A program made the translations under genes and the position numbers. Below the pieces are notes generated by a model. It was not told the origin of the DNA and did not search any database. It was given only the letters and a program-made list of their open reading frames with translations. From the NCBI RefSeq assembly GCF_009914755.1, contig NC_060937.1: a stretch of DNA of 64,000 nt. One strand, 5' to 3'. Position 1 is the first letter of the stretch; every line of letters begins with the position of its first letter. Source of the stretch: the human T2T-CHM13v2.0 reference genome, Homo sapiens. This document shows, piece by piece, positions 13,047-25,073 of this stretch.

Positions 13047-14980
13047 ATGTCCACCTTACCCATAGTAGGTATCTTAAAGCCTGACCTGAAGGATAAGCTA
13101 TCTTTGGTCATAATCAACCCTGCTTTTCCCCAATATTAGAGGTGTCTCAATGGCATATCAAGTTTTGCGGGGTGGTTGTTTCACCCTCTCTAATGGTCAA
13201 TTTTTTTCTGTCTTTTTGTTTGATGACCATTCGCTACAACATTTTATAGTATAACAGCTACACAGCAGTATTTACAACAGTGGAAATTACACACCTAAAT
13301 AGTGTAACACATGAAAAATCAGAACAATTATCATAGTTTATAGTCTACTTCTAAGCCAGTAACCAGGAATTCCCCCAATCAAATCAGATGCATAGATTCT
13401 ATTCTCAATCCAAAGTGACCTCAGAGTCAGATATAGTTATATTATCCAGATTACCTAATTATTTTGTTTGTTTTTTTCCCAGACATTTTGTTTCTTTCCC
13501 AGGTCTTTCATATTAAAGATACTAGAAAGAGATGCATGGATATGGGCACAGAACTCTGCCTAAAACATGCTATGTTCTTTCTTGAGATGCCAATATACTA
13601 GCTAAAAAGGCTCCATACTGAATCATTGCCAATTCACTTTTATGTGCAAGTGCATTATTTCGTACACTTTTTCTTTTCTAACATATATCATGGACAATAT
13701 TCCCATCCTCTGGGCTTCCTTTAAAGCACAGAGTGAAGAGGCTTGAAGAGAGAGGAAAATAGTCTAGAATTCCCTTGGAGGGGTTAGAGTTTCATTTCTG
13801 AATACGAGGCTGAGTGTTGTAATGATATGGCACTGCTCATCTGGAATGTTATGACCGCAGGAAATAAAAAGTTTTAGTATCAAGATAAATAGATAGATTT
13901 AAAGCAAAAAAGAAGTAGTGCTTCTTGCTCATAGAATCAGTAAAAGGGAGATAAGTCTCCAAATATACACCATCTGTTCTCTAATCCTCCTCCAAGTTTT
14001 ATTTCTATGAAAGTTCATTTGCCAACAAGCTAAAAAAATCTAGCTCCTATGAAAGGTTCTAGAGTAGTGTTTTGAAGGAGACAAGAGCTTCTTTTTCTAA
14101 TTTTGAAGCAATAGAGAATTTTAGATTTCTGGCTGTTTGGCCTGTTGGGGGGTATGCTATTTAAAAGTTACCTAATGTTTGAGTTAGTTACCCAGGAAAC
14201 CAACTAATTTATCACAAGTAAATTATACCAAGGTAAGTTAGGTGGCTCCTGAAGGAAAACCAATACATCAGTCCATTTTATTGTATTCTCTAGCTAGTTC
14301 ACAAATAAATTGTGTCCTGGTATTGAACTCATAATAAAGAGTAACTAAAGATACAAAAAAGTATTAAGAATGGAGGCCTTTTATTTATTTATTTTTTTAG
14401 ATAACATACTTAAGAGTGGGCTTAAACCAGCAAAAGAGGAAAGAAAATAGCTAGGAAAATAAAACAAAAATAAAGTCTAAGAGTGGTAGTCTGTCTTGTT
14501 TCATGTACCTTGGGCAACCACTGTCTACATCTCAAAAAGCAAAGTATTTGATTCAAAAGTCATGGGAGAAGCTATCTTTTTATGGAAACTGGTTTCAGAA
14601 GGATCCTGACTTCTCAAATTGAGGTCTCTGGGTGGGACCATCTTCCAGTGATTTGAGGATGGTTTTGTTGTTTTTGTTGAGATATGAATTATAAATGTCA
14701 ATTCTTTGGAGTTTCACTGCTCAGATAGCTAATAGTATCTGATAGAAGTCTTTCCATCAGTGTTTAAGAAATGTGATTTTCTACTGCCTCATCCAAAAGA
14801 CCAGATATTCAGGGAATAAGTTTTGCATAGATGATTTAGGAGGACGTTGAGGAATGGCTGCCTATGCCTATTGATAAGAATGGGTGCATTGCATTAGTCT
14901 TTCAAAATATGTGGCCATGTCTGCTGGTATAAATATGGAGTTTAGAATAGATGGTATTGCTAGGTATATGGTTATCAAAT
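13047..14980 (-). mobile_element. Decayed class I ERV internal region: integrase C-terminus plus env
   Basis: Minus strand 14819-14700 translates to LFPEYLVFWMRQ*KITFLKH*WKDFYQILLAI*AVKLQRI (IN GPY/F module). 13626-13540 gives MIQYGAFLASILASQERT*HVLGRVLCPY, a decayed Env ISD plus CX6CC. Confidence 0.75.
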
Positions 14981-14989
14981 TATAATGGG

Positions 14990-15327
14990 AAATTTGAAGC
15001 ATTTTGTAAAATAATAAGAAATACATATATTGGACTCTGCCCCGAGTTGTTGAGAGTTCTTAAGACCTTTGTAATTTCCTGAATATAGGGCCATCTGACA
15101 CAAAGCTTCTAAATCTCTTGGAATTTCCCAGGTAATAAGAGCGTCTTTTGTTATAATTAAGCCATACTTTTTGGGATCTTGGATAGCTTCAGGGTGGAGG
15201 CTAGCTGTTAGGGGATCCAAACATTTGATTAAAGGATTGGGACTTTCAGCCCCAACTATGACCTGTAGGGAGGGGAAAAGGACTGAAGGCTGGGTTTATC
15301 ACCAATTGTCAATGATTTAATTAATCG
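14990..15327 (+). mobile_element. MER21-like LTR, 3' part missing
   Basis: GGATAGCTTCAGGGTGGAGGCT...GGATTGGGACTTTCAGCCCC...ATCACCAATTGTCAATGATTTAATTAATC motifs. Confidence 0.7.
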
Positions 15328-15800
15328 TTGTCTAGTTTCCTGTGCACCTTAAGTCTCTGCATTGTCCCCACCTACTTCCTGCCCCAGATTTATGGGAGTC
15401 TCCCTTACTGCTAGTTGATGAATGCTGGGGGCCAGCTCTTGGATATGAATCCTACCTAATGGCAACATTGCTCATTGCTGCCACTCAGGAAAATCATATA
15501 GCAGTTAAATCTGTACTTACTGCACCTGCGTATGTGTTAGGAATTTCCCCATTGGCCTCTCTCCCTCCTTATCAGCATGTAGCTAACAACATTCTGATAG
15601 TGTGACTGCAGAATAAGTGATTATTGAGCTTCTTACAAGGTGCTCTGGGGCATTCCTTTCTGCTTAGGTATTTCCCCTCCTCTCTGCTTATATCTGGCAT
15701 GCATGTTTCCAGTGGTCCCTGGGGTGTTAGATTTTCCAGAGCTTCCTTTCTCATGGGCTCCCCCTTCCTGTTCATGTCTAGGTATCTGCCTACTCTGATA
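15328..15800 (-). mobile_element. ERVL-type LTR (LTR47-like), 3' part missing
   Basis: Reverse complement begins AGAGTAGGCAGATACCTAGACATGAACAGGAAGGGGGAGCCC. It is more GC-rich than its flanks and interrupts the ERV integrase. Confidence 0.55.
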
Positions 15801-17860
15801 ATAACTCATTTCAAGAGAAACGTATTAAAAATCTATTTGGAGACATTTGAAATGGTTCTGAGGTTTAGGCTTCTGTATGTCACACCTTAAAAATTTATCA
15901 GGATTATCATGGTAACAGATACACCCGAAACAGATTTAGAAGTTTTAGCATAAATGTTTATCAACAAAATTTGTTGGGCAATTTGTCCTTGCAGTGGTGG
16001 CAATTTTGTATAAAATGTTTTCAAGGCTCCACCTGAGATCCTCCAGTGCAACACAGCAGCCAATTTAAGGGTGCCAAAGATTAGTCTCTTGCTTGACATT
16101 GTAATTTCTCCCAGTATGTTTTCTAATAGGAGATAATTATGGGGATTTAAAATTTTCTCTTTAAACCTCTCCAAAGATTTGTCTTCTTGATATGTTATAA
16201 GTACTAGGATCTTATCATGAGAGTCTGTCTGGAGAAATAATCATACAGAAAATTTCCTTTAGCTTCTCTACATCTATCCTTTTCTTCATGAGTTTCAACA
16301 TTTATAATAGCCATCACCATAGAATGTATTAGGGCATGCAAGGTTCATTTAATATGCTAATCATTCTTCATTGGGTCACTGCTGAGGTCAGGGAATTTTG
16401 TTGTTTCCAATAGTTTCTGAAATTATGTATCACCACAAAAGAATCTTCCATTATCAGTGTATACATAAGTCCTCTTATCTCCAGCTAACTATCAAACCCT
16501 AGAGAGCTTGATTTATTTCTGCCATCTTGGCAGAATTTTCCTATGAGGTAATTTTTCTATGTTACAGCTTTAATATTCTCCTTTTTCATTCTTAAGGTAT
16601 GACCCAGCCACAGAAAATTTTTGACTTAATTTTCCAAAGGGATTTCTAGTAAGTCTGAGTGGTGTTTTTTTGTTTTTATTTTGGATTGATAGGATAGTAT
16701 TAGGAAGATTGAGATAAAATGCGAATTCCTTTTCTACCAGTCTTTGACTGTTGGTTTTAACTTCTTATTTGAAAAGGTATAGCTGATAATTTTAAAAAGT
16801 ACCATCCTTTAAAAAAAATTTAAAAGTTATTTATTTATTTGCTTCTAGTTTTAAAGAGTATAATACAAGTTTCAGTAGAGGATTTTTTGGGTCGATCTGA
16901 ACCTTCATGGGTTCAGCACCAATAATTCTACCTATGGCATGACATTTTTGCCTACACATTACTTAGCATATTCTTCAGATCTTCAGTTTGGGTTTAATAT
17001 AGACACAAAGGTACCTCTAAGTAAATGTCCAAATTAGATATGACCATTTATGAATGGGAGAGTTCTCAAATTCAAGAAAGGACATTAAAAAGGAAAATTT
17101 TATTTATACTGTAAGTTATTCCCTATTAAGTTAATGGTTGTGATGTAACAGAGGAAGAAAAACCCCCTGGTTCAGGTGTGAGCATGAAAGAAAGGATATA
17201 GGGAATGTCTGAGAATTATTAGAGATTACTAGTTCCTGAGTAGTTTGTTGACTCTGAGAAAAAGTTTGTGTAACAGTTGTAAGGTTAATGTCAGTATCAT
17301 AGCATCATATCAACTCTTTTTTTTTTTTTTGCACACCTGATCTTTAGTATTTAAAGAAATTTGTGTGTGTATGTAAGTTTAAGGGCAATGTGGGAAATTG
17401 AGTGCTTGATCTGTCCTCAGTACCTTCCGTGATTATTGGAATTTTTTCTTCCAGTTTCTCAGCTCATGTAGACCTATTTTGTTCAAAATCCTTTCTCTTT
17501 AAAGTATCTAAATGTATCTTTATCAAGATACTCCCTCCTTTGATGCTTAATTCCTGGAGTAGAAGTAGCTAATTGTTTTATCAGAAAGGCCAGCAATTTA
17601 TGCTGAGTCTTAATCTGTTTTGGAATCAAGGACCTGTTCAGTGAGATAATGGAGGCCTGGTAATTACTAAGTTTTATTTACAATAATAATCTAAAAAATA
17701 TATTTTTACGACTGCATAAACAGAATTTTAGAAAATATTATAAACACTGATGCAGACATACAAGGCTTTTTTCCCTAATATTTTTTATATTTAAAACTGT
17801 TCTTCACAGGTCCATGTTTCTGTACCTTACCATATTGTGAATACGTTAGTGTTCACGATA
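15801..17860 (-). mobile_element. Decayed class I ERV internal region: protease / RT start / RNase H / integrase N-terminus
   Basis: Minus-strand peptides: FFLCYITTINLIGNNL (~17160-17110, protease); IGRIIGAEPMKVQIDPKNP...YSLKLEA (16935-16840, RT start); SDLLEIPLEN, FSVAGSYLKNEKG, SAKMAEI, YTD, VIHNFRNYWKQQNSLTS, AIINVETH..EAKGNFLYD (16660-16220, RNase H); PKPQNHFKCLQIDF (15869-15828, IN). Confidence 0.8.
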
Positions 17861-17872
17861 CATTGCAATGTT

Positions 17873-18462
17873 GTGGGGTTTTTTTGTTTGTTTTGTTTTG
17901 TTTTTTTTTTTGAGACGGAGTCTCGCTCTGTCTCCCAGGCTGGAGTGCAGTGGCGCGATCTCGGCTGACTGCAAGCTCCGCCTCCCGGGTTCACACCATT
18001 CTCCTTCCTCAGCCTCCTGTAGCTGGGACTACAGGCACCCGCCACCAAGCACGGCTAATTTTTTTTTTTTTTTTTTGCATTTTTTTCTTTTTCTTTTTTT
18101 TTTTAATTTTTTTTTTTATTATACTTTAAGTTTTAGGGTACATGTGCACATTGTGCAGGTTAGTTACATATGTATACATGTGCCATGCTGGTGCGCTGCA
18201 CCCACTAACTCGTCATCTAGCATTAGGTATATCTCCCAATGCTATCCCTCCCCCCTCCCCCCACCCCACCACAGTCCCCAGAGTGTGATATTCCCCTTCC
18301 TGTGTCCATGTGATCTCATTGTTCAATTCCCACCTATGAGTGAGAATATGCGGTTAGTAGAGACGGGGTTTCACTGTGTTAGCCAGGATGGTCTCGGTCT
18401 CCTGACCTCGTGATCCGCCCGCCTCGGCCTCCCAAAGTGCTGAGATTACAGGCGTGAGCCAC
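17873..18462 (-). mobile_element. AluY, slightly 5'-truncated, split by an L1 insertion in its middle linker
   Basis: Y diagnostics GCAAGCTCCGCC, AGCCAGGATGGTCTCG and CCTCGTGATCCG. Right arm ~17873-18081, left arm 18355-18462. TSD TGCAATGTT at 17864-17872 and 18463-18471. Confidence 0.95.
18082..18354 (-). mobile_element. Young L1 3' end (L1PA2-like)
   Basis: Reverse complement contains GATGACGAGTTAGTGGGTGCAGCGCACCAGC...CACAATGTGCACATGTACCCTAAAACTTAAAGTATAAT plus poly-A. Diagnostics are GAG/A, not the ACA/G of L1HS-Ta. Confidence 0.92.
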
Positions 18463-18716
18463 TGCAATGTTTTTTAAACTGTGACTACACTTGTTTATCA
18501 TAAAAAGAAAAACAGAGATTCATGCCCAACTGCCTAACTAAACATAAGAAAGGAATATATTTGAAATTCAGCATGTTGCATATAGTAAGGGCAAATATAT
18601 ATCACGCAAGTTATGTAAGATATACTTATTCTTCAGGAATGTAAAGAAAGTTGGAAAGCCAGTTATCTACTACACATTCACTTAATATGATGCTCTGTTA
18701 AATGACTTTTTTCCTG

Positions 18717-19026
18717 TATATTTTATTTTATTTTATTTTTTGAGACGGGGAGTCTCGCTGTGTCACCAGGCTGGAGTGCAGTGGCGCGATCCATCTCTGC
18801 TCACTCAACCTCCGCCTCCCGGTCCAAGCATTCTCCTGCCTCAGCCTCATGAGTAGCTGGGATTACAGGCTCCTGCTACAATGCCAGGCTAGTTTTTGTA
18901 TTTTTTAGTAAAGACGACATTTCACTTTGTTGGCCAGGCTGATCTAAAACTCCTGACTTCAAATTATTCACCTGCCTCGGCCTCCCAAAGTGCTGGGATT
19001 ATAGGCGTGAGCCACCACACCTGGCC
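18717..19026 (-). mobile_element. AluS-type SINE
   Basis: Full Alu dimer ending ...CCACCACACCTGGCC. Confidence 0.93.
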
Positions 19027-21318
19027 GATTTTTTTTTTCTTTCAAATAAAAAATCAATTCAATATAATTGTAGCTAAATTAATATAGACTCCATCAAACA
19101 TAGTACCTATACTTTGATCATTCTCTGATGATTATTATCCAAAGTATCACATTTATAACTCAACCTAAAGGATGTACTTACTTGGGGTAAATAGCTGTAC
19201 TTAGAAGTCATATTCCCATTGTGTCAGTAAAATCAGGGAGAGATTTTTACAGCAGATAGCCTAAGAATGTTTTTGGCCTCATGCTGAAGATTTTTTGTAA
19301 ACCTCAGTCTGCCTAAAAAACTGGCATTGCTTCTATTTCTATATCAAAGTAAAAGTATCCATAGCTTGGAGATAGGCACAAGAGATCTGTGGGTGTTATT
19401 TCAGAGCAGTGCTAACCTTGCATCTTTGATGGACTTTTCCATTGACTAGGCTGTATTATAATTCTGTATGGATAGAGTTTAATTTGTGGGTTTTTTGTTA
19501 GTGGAGGTCCAAATCACTTCTAAGTGCAAAACATAACCCAAAGTTTGTGATTTATTGCCATATTGGACATTGACCAGTTTGTATCTATCTTAGAATTCTT
19601 ATATGATCATTCTTTTATCAAATTACCTGTTAGATACATAGATTCTGAAATATTCGAAAAGGCACTAAAAACTTATTGGCTCCTTCTTTAACTGATAAAG
19701 TAAATAAAATGTTTTACATGCATTTATTTTATATATATAGAAACTATTTTACATACATTTTGGAAATAATTTAACACTTTAAGTCAGTGAATTTTCAGCG
19801 TTTGTTTGTTCAAATACAAATTAGATTATATATTCCTTAGTGATTTCTTCTTAGTTCTTGTGGATATCAAACTTCTGTCTTCTTTGTTGACAGTCCAGTT
19901 TTCATGGTTGCTACTACTCTAGATTCTGTAGATGTGCTAAGAGTAAAGACAAATGGCATCAGTCAGGTCAACACCATATGAGATGTATTTTGACATTTGC
20001 ATTGTTAGTGTGTTCCCTTTCCATAAAAACTAATCTGCATCAAAGACATTCTAAGAAAAAAATCCCACTAAAAATAATTATATAGCGTATGAATATGTCG
20101 TTACACATGGGGATAGCATCTTGTGCCAACTAACGTTGTCTGAAATATTGATCATGGCTCTCTTGAATTTCTAGTTCCCACCAGATAAAGGATATGGTGT
20201 CAAAATTTAACAGGATGTTAGTCCTAAAATAATCTCATTAACATAAATCATTTTGGCAGTGAATGATAAGGGCTTTCCTTAAACTTTTCAAATATAATAG
20301 ATTATTGTAAAGGATATATTGCATTAAAACAACTGAGAAAATGATCTGCTGAACTGGAAGCAACACCAAAAAAAAATATATAGACACTTTTTTTGCTAAA
20401 ATGGAAAAAGTATGAACTTTGAAAGCAAATGGAAAGAATTCCATGCCCAATTAATTTTTATCATTATTTTTCGAAAAGAGATAATAAAATTCATGTTATT
20501 CATTTTGTTAAAAAGTTATAAGGGCAAACTCCAAGTGAAGCAAAATATGTGAAAGTCTTGTTTAATGATAAGATTTACACACGTTAAAGAGTTTACTAAG
20601 TATACGTGTGCATGCAATATAATATTGTAATGCAATATAATGTTATGCCTAAGTGTATTATTACATTGCCCTACAACTGGATAGTTTGCATGAAGCATGG
20701 TATCCATCTATAGTAAACTTGCTCAAGACTAGAGTTACAAAAACTACAAAAATATCACTGACCATAGTAGATCAAAATAAAAAATGATCTGTTGAAAAAA
20801 AAACATACATGACTTCCTGGAAATCTATTTTGTTAAGAGTCTTTTTATATTGCTAGGTTATGACTAGAACAAAATGAAATAATTTTCTCTGCTACTGGTT
20901 TATGTTTAACATCTAAATTCACAAATTTCTTTCATTATTGTTTTAAAAATAATGATAATTTTGTATATTGGCATAAGATTTTCATTTTGAAAAAAATTAA
21001 CAGGCATTATGCCATAAATTTTCATGACTCTAGAAAGTATCAAGTCAATAATCAGTACATTCATATAATGTGGAAGTAAGTAGGTATAGGGAGGTTAAGT
21101 GAATTAAGGAATATAAGTGCTATACAAGTGAAAACTCCCAAAGCCTGTATATTTAATATTCTGAAAAATAAAGTAGATTCTTATAAAACAGAAACTGTGA
21201 TATTTATCTTTTGTGTTATTCTTGGCTCTTAGAAGAGTACTACCAACTTAACAGCACAATAAATAAGTGTTGAAGATGAACCAAACAAAAATAACATAGC
21301 ATACAAATATTTAGGTGA

Positions 21319-21695
21319 TGATATTATCTGGCTCTGTGTCCCCACCGAAATCTCATCTTGAACTATAATCTGAATTGTAATTCTCACATGTTGGGGAAGG
21401 GAGCTTGTGGGAGGTGATTAGATCATGAGGGACATTCCCCTATGCTATTCTGATGATAGTGAGTTCTCACGAGACCTGATGGTTTTATAGGGCACTTTTG
21501 CCCTTCACTCTGCACTTCTCTCTTGCCCTCCTGCCACCATGTGAAGAAGGACGTGTTTGCTTCCCCTTTCACCATGATTGTAAGTTTGCTGAGGCCTCCC
21601 CAGCCATGCCGAACTGAGCCAATTAAATCTCTTTCCTTTATAAATTACCCAGTCTTGGGTATTTCTTTATAGCAGCATGAGAACAGACTAATACA
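21319..21695 (+). mobile_element. THE1C/D-type solo LTR (MaLR)
   Basis: TGATATT...CTAATACA termini and AAGGACGTGTTTGCTTCCCC motif. Perfect TSD GGTGA at 21314-21318 and 21696-21700. Confidence 0.93.
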
Positions 21696-22028
21696 GGTGA
21701 TTAGAATTTAGTGTAAAGAAAAGTTTATAAAACAAAATAGATAAGTCAAATATGTAGTAGAAAATTTACCTTTCATTGTACAGTTTTGAGTCATTTTATT
21801 TATAATCCAACATTTTATGCTATATTTGTATACATGTGTATGTGTATATACATACACAAACACACAGTAATCATAATAATTAATGGAAAGTTTCTTCTAA
21901 GGTGCTGCAATAACTTGAATTACCCAAGAAATATGATTGTATTGATTTTCTTATCAAAAACTTCCTTTCAAGAAAATACTGCATTTGAAGACTACAAAAT
22001 ACTGTGGTTTCATTAGCAAATTTTACAA

Positions 22029-22440
22029 TGTTATGCCAGATATACTGGGTGGTATGTGGCCACCCTAAAGAGACAAGATGAACACCTATGCAAAATGAGT
22101 TCAACATAGACACAGATGACACCACACACACCAAGCAGGTATGAAGAATTTTAATATTTTCATAGTGAGGCTTTTCTGGTGAGGACAGGGTATATATCCC
22201 AAGCAGTCCAAAAATGGCTTGAGACATCAGGGAAAGGAGACTGGTTTGGAGGCTTTTTGTTGTGGTTAGGCAGAGGATTACATGATTGGAATTTCCTGCA
22301 GGTGCCAAAAGAGTAAGAACTTGGGGTTTCTTATAAGCTTGATCAGATGTGGGGCAGAAGGGGAAAAGGAAGGTGTGAGTTTTAAGAGCGGTCCATAGTC
22401 AGACATTAAAAATAAAAACTGGAGTTAGATTCCATATGAT
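22029..22440 (-). mobile_element. Old ERV solo-LTR-like element (subfamily uncertain)
   Basis: GC-richer block starting TGTT with CCAAAAATGGCTTGAGA...GGAAAGGAGACTGG, resembling ERVL-class LTRs. Confidence 0.45.
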
Positions 22441-22519
22441 GGGAGACAATAGAGTGTTAGTGTTAGTAATACTGCCTTGGCAATTTTTATCAACTCTCCT
22501 TGAAGGTTTTCAGGTTTCA

Positions 22520-22712
22520 GTTTGAATGCTCAGCCCCAAATTCTGACTTTTCTCTGACATGGACTCTGTGATTTTGAAAATTTACACAATCTCTCTGTGC
22601 TTATTTTCTTTTCTCTTTAATAGTGCAACCCAGTACGTTATTGTGAGAAGTAAAAATAACCTAACCATGCATATGACCAATAATGAGTATCTGGAAATTA
22701 TTAACTATTATA
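22520..22712 (+). mobile_element. MIR
   Basis: Decayed core CTGTGATTTTGAAAATTTACACAATCTCTCTGTGCTT...GTTATTGTGAGAA and tail TTAACTATTAT. Confidence 0.5.
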
Positions 22713-23214
22713 TTTATGACTAGAAAAATAAATTCAATGTTATATTTTGAACAATTTTAGCTATTTTAATGAGAGAAATAAATAAATGCAATTATACATG
22801 GCAATATACAGCATTTTCATTGTGGTCCTGACCTTTTGCACTGACAAGGATGCTATACATGTTACAGATGTCTTATAGGGCAGCAGATACAGCCAGTTTT
22901 CTAGGGCGCACAGCTCTTATTTTTTTCCCCTTACTTAGACGGGCTGATTTTTCCAATGTGCACAATAACTTACATTTAGAATTTTTTAAGGAATACTGCT
23001 AATAAGAAAAACAGTACATTAATCAAATATCAACAAATATATAAACTAAGTATTTTTGTTTCTTTAGGTGAAGATATTGTTGTATTTCTTTGTGGAGCAG
23101 GTTAACCTTTAGTTAGCTAACATATTTAATGAAAGATACCAAATATCTGTATTATTAAATTCATGTAATTAATTTTGTTTCGACAACATACAAGTGAAAG
23201 GTTATTCCCTAGAT

Positions 23215-23470
23215 TTGTTTTTCCTTTTCTCTTATTTTTCACTTGTGTAACTTCCTTTCTAATTGTCATGTGATTATATCTCACAGACATTGTATGCCTG
23301 TTACAATCCATTCTGTATTTGCCAAATGTTTTAAGAAGTGATACTTTTTAGTTTGTCCCATTGTGCTACCAAGCTCAATTAGAAAAATTATAGTCACAAT
23401 TGTTGATTTAAAAAGAGTCTTCGAAAAAGTTGAACCTCTTAAAATTATTGGGAGAGTTAACTTATGAAAC
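23215..23470 (-). mobile_element. Possible hAT transposase C-terminal relic
   Basis: ORF-track peptides LTLPI...LGSTMGQ and IRKEVTQVKNKRK resemble the hAT dimerization domain (LTLP..ERSFS.L..LRSTMGQ.RL...I.EFA..K.R). Confidence 0.35.
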
Positions 23471-24487
23471 ATGTTTTGAAGATTGATGCATAATAAATGC
23501 TCAACAAATGTTATGCATTATTTAATATTGGAAGAAAAGATATACACTAGATATACACTATTTTAAAAGTTGTTTAGATAATTCTGAAGGTGTATAGTTT
23601 TGATTTTAATATTATGCTTTGGATCACTAAAAATAAAACAGTAACTTTATATCTCTAACTAAGTATATAAAAAGATAGAATTTAGTAAAATATGTTCAGG
23701 AATCATGTCCAAATCAAAATGAAGATAAATAAATAGCCTGTCCAACTTTGTTCTTATAAGTGGTAGAGAAGGGGTTAATTTAGAAATGAGATTATAATTG
23801 TAACATCGCAATAGGGTACCCTTGAAAGGAGAAGGGACCTACTGGAGGCCATTGTACAATTGATGCATATTCTATTGTTATAAGAAAAAAAGGTGAGAAA
23901 ACATAATAAAAATATCATTTTTCTAAAATGGCACAAGATTCATAAAACCTGTTGGGTTTTAAATGCAAGGTGCTGGCAAATTCATAGCATGAATACATAC
24001 CCATCCTTAGAGGGAATGGAGGACGGAAATTTCAGAATTATCAACAATAGCCTAGAATCTGCTCAGACTGATTATTCAGGAAAGCTAAAAGTGAACAATT
24101 ATGGAATTTCCCCAGAAGGCAATGATCTACAAACCCACAGAATACTTGAACAAAACAGTGGCCACTGGGACATGTTACCAAAATTGTCTTAGGCGTCTTG
24201 TTCATGACTTATTAAGATAAGTTTGTGCTTTCTTAAACCTAAGAAAAATATTTAACAGGGCTTTCTGGCTAAAATTCCATATATATTTCATCATTACAGT
24301 ACCAGAAATAGAAAAGTAAATGGAACAATGGAAAATAAGGACGTTAACATGTTGTTGGCTATACCTGAAAGATGAAAATCTCAGAGAGTGTTGAAGACTG
24401 GGGATGCACATTGTAAATTTGTTTAAGAAAATATTAATTCCATGCTACCTCTTAAGAAAGAACATAATATTTTGCAGCCCAAAAATT

Positions 24488-24565
24488 ATATGTATGTATG
24501 TATGTATGTATGTTATCTGTCTGTCTGTCTGTCTATCTTCTATCTATCTATCGATCTTTCATCTA
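24488..24565. repeat. Compound microsatellite (TATG)n(TGTC)n(TCTA)n
   Basis: Directly visible. Confidence 0.9.
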
Positions 24566-24577
24566 TGTTGTTTATGC

Positions 24578-25073
24578 TTTTGGGAGACAATTCTCCATGG
24601 ATCTCTGACCTTTCCACACATATTGTGACAGAAAAACTGACTGTGCTTTATTCCAAACTAACTTTATGAGGGATGTCTTATGGCAAACAGCATTGAAAGA
24701 TAAAGTCTCCCTTCAAAGCAAAAGGCATGTTTGCTTAAATCCTTGAAAAACATAGTGCCCTCTCAGATGCAAATGGCAAGCATGCTTAATCTTCACTGTA
24801 AAAACTATAGGTTCCCTAAGTTCAAGGTTCCTCTTATATAACCCAATCCACTGTTTGTGCTAGTATCAACTGGCTTTCTTTCTGTCACCCTGTGAGAATT
24901 GGGGCTTGGGGAACCGGTATAAAAAATGCTGATACTCTAGCCATTGCTATTGCTCTAAATATACTCTTTTGACCTAGGAATCTTATGTCTTCTGCCCAAA
25001 TCCATAAAACTGTGGCAGGCTAATTTGCTAGGCTATAAGTAAGATAAAGCCTCAAACCCTTACCAGTCTTACA
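24578..25073 (+). mobile_element. LTR40-like ERVL solo LTR
   Basis: Begins TTGGGAGACAATTCTCCATGG, contains GGTTCCCTAAGTTCAAGGTTCC, and ends CAGTCTTACA. Confidence 0.75.

Noticed and set aside
17868-18413. 181-aa ORF
   Set aside because: Chance antisense read-through of AluY, poly-T and L1 3' UTR.
19170-19640. Minus-strand GTAAGT donor-like site near 19180 with unique sequence upstream
   Set aside because: No convincing acceptor or open frame; isolated splice-like motifs are common by chance.
21880-22308. 142-aa ORF
   Set aside because: Overlaps an LTR-like repeat; no recognisable domain or splice context.
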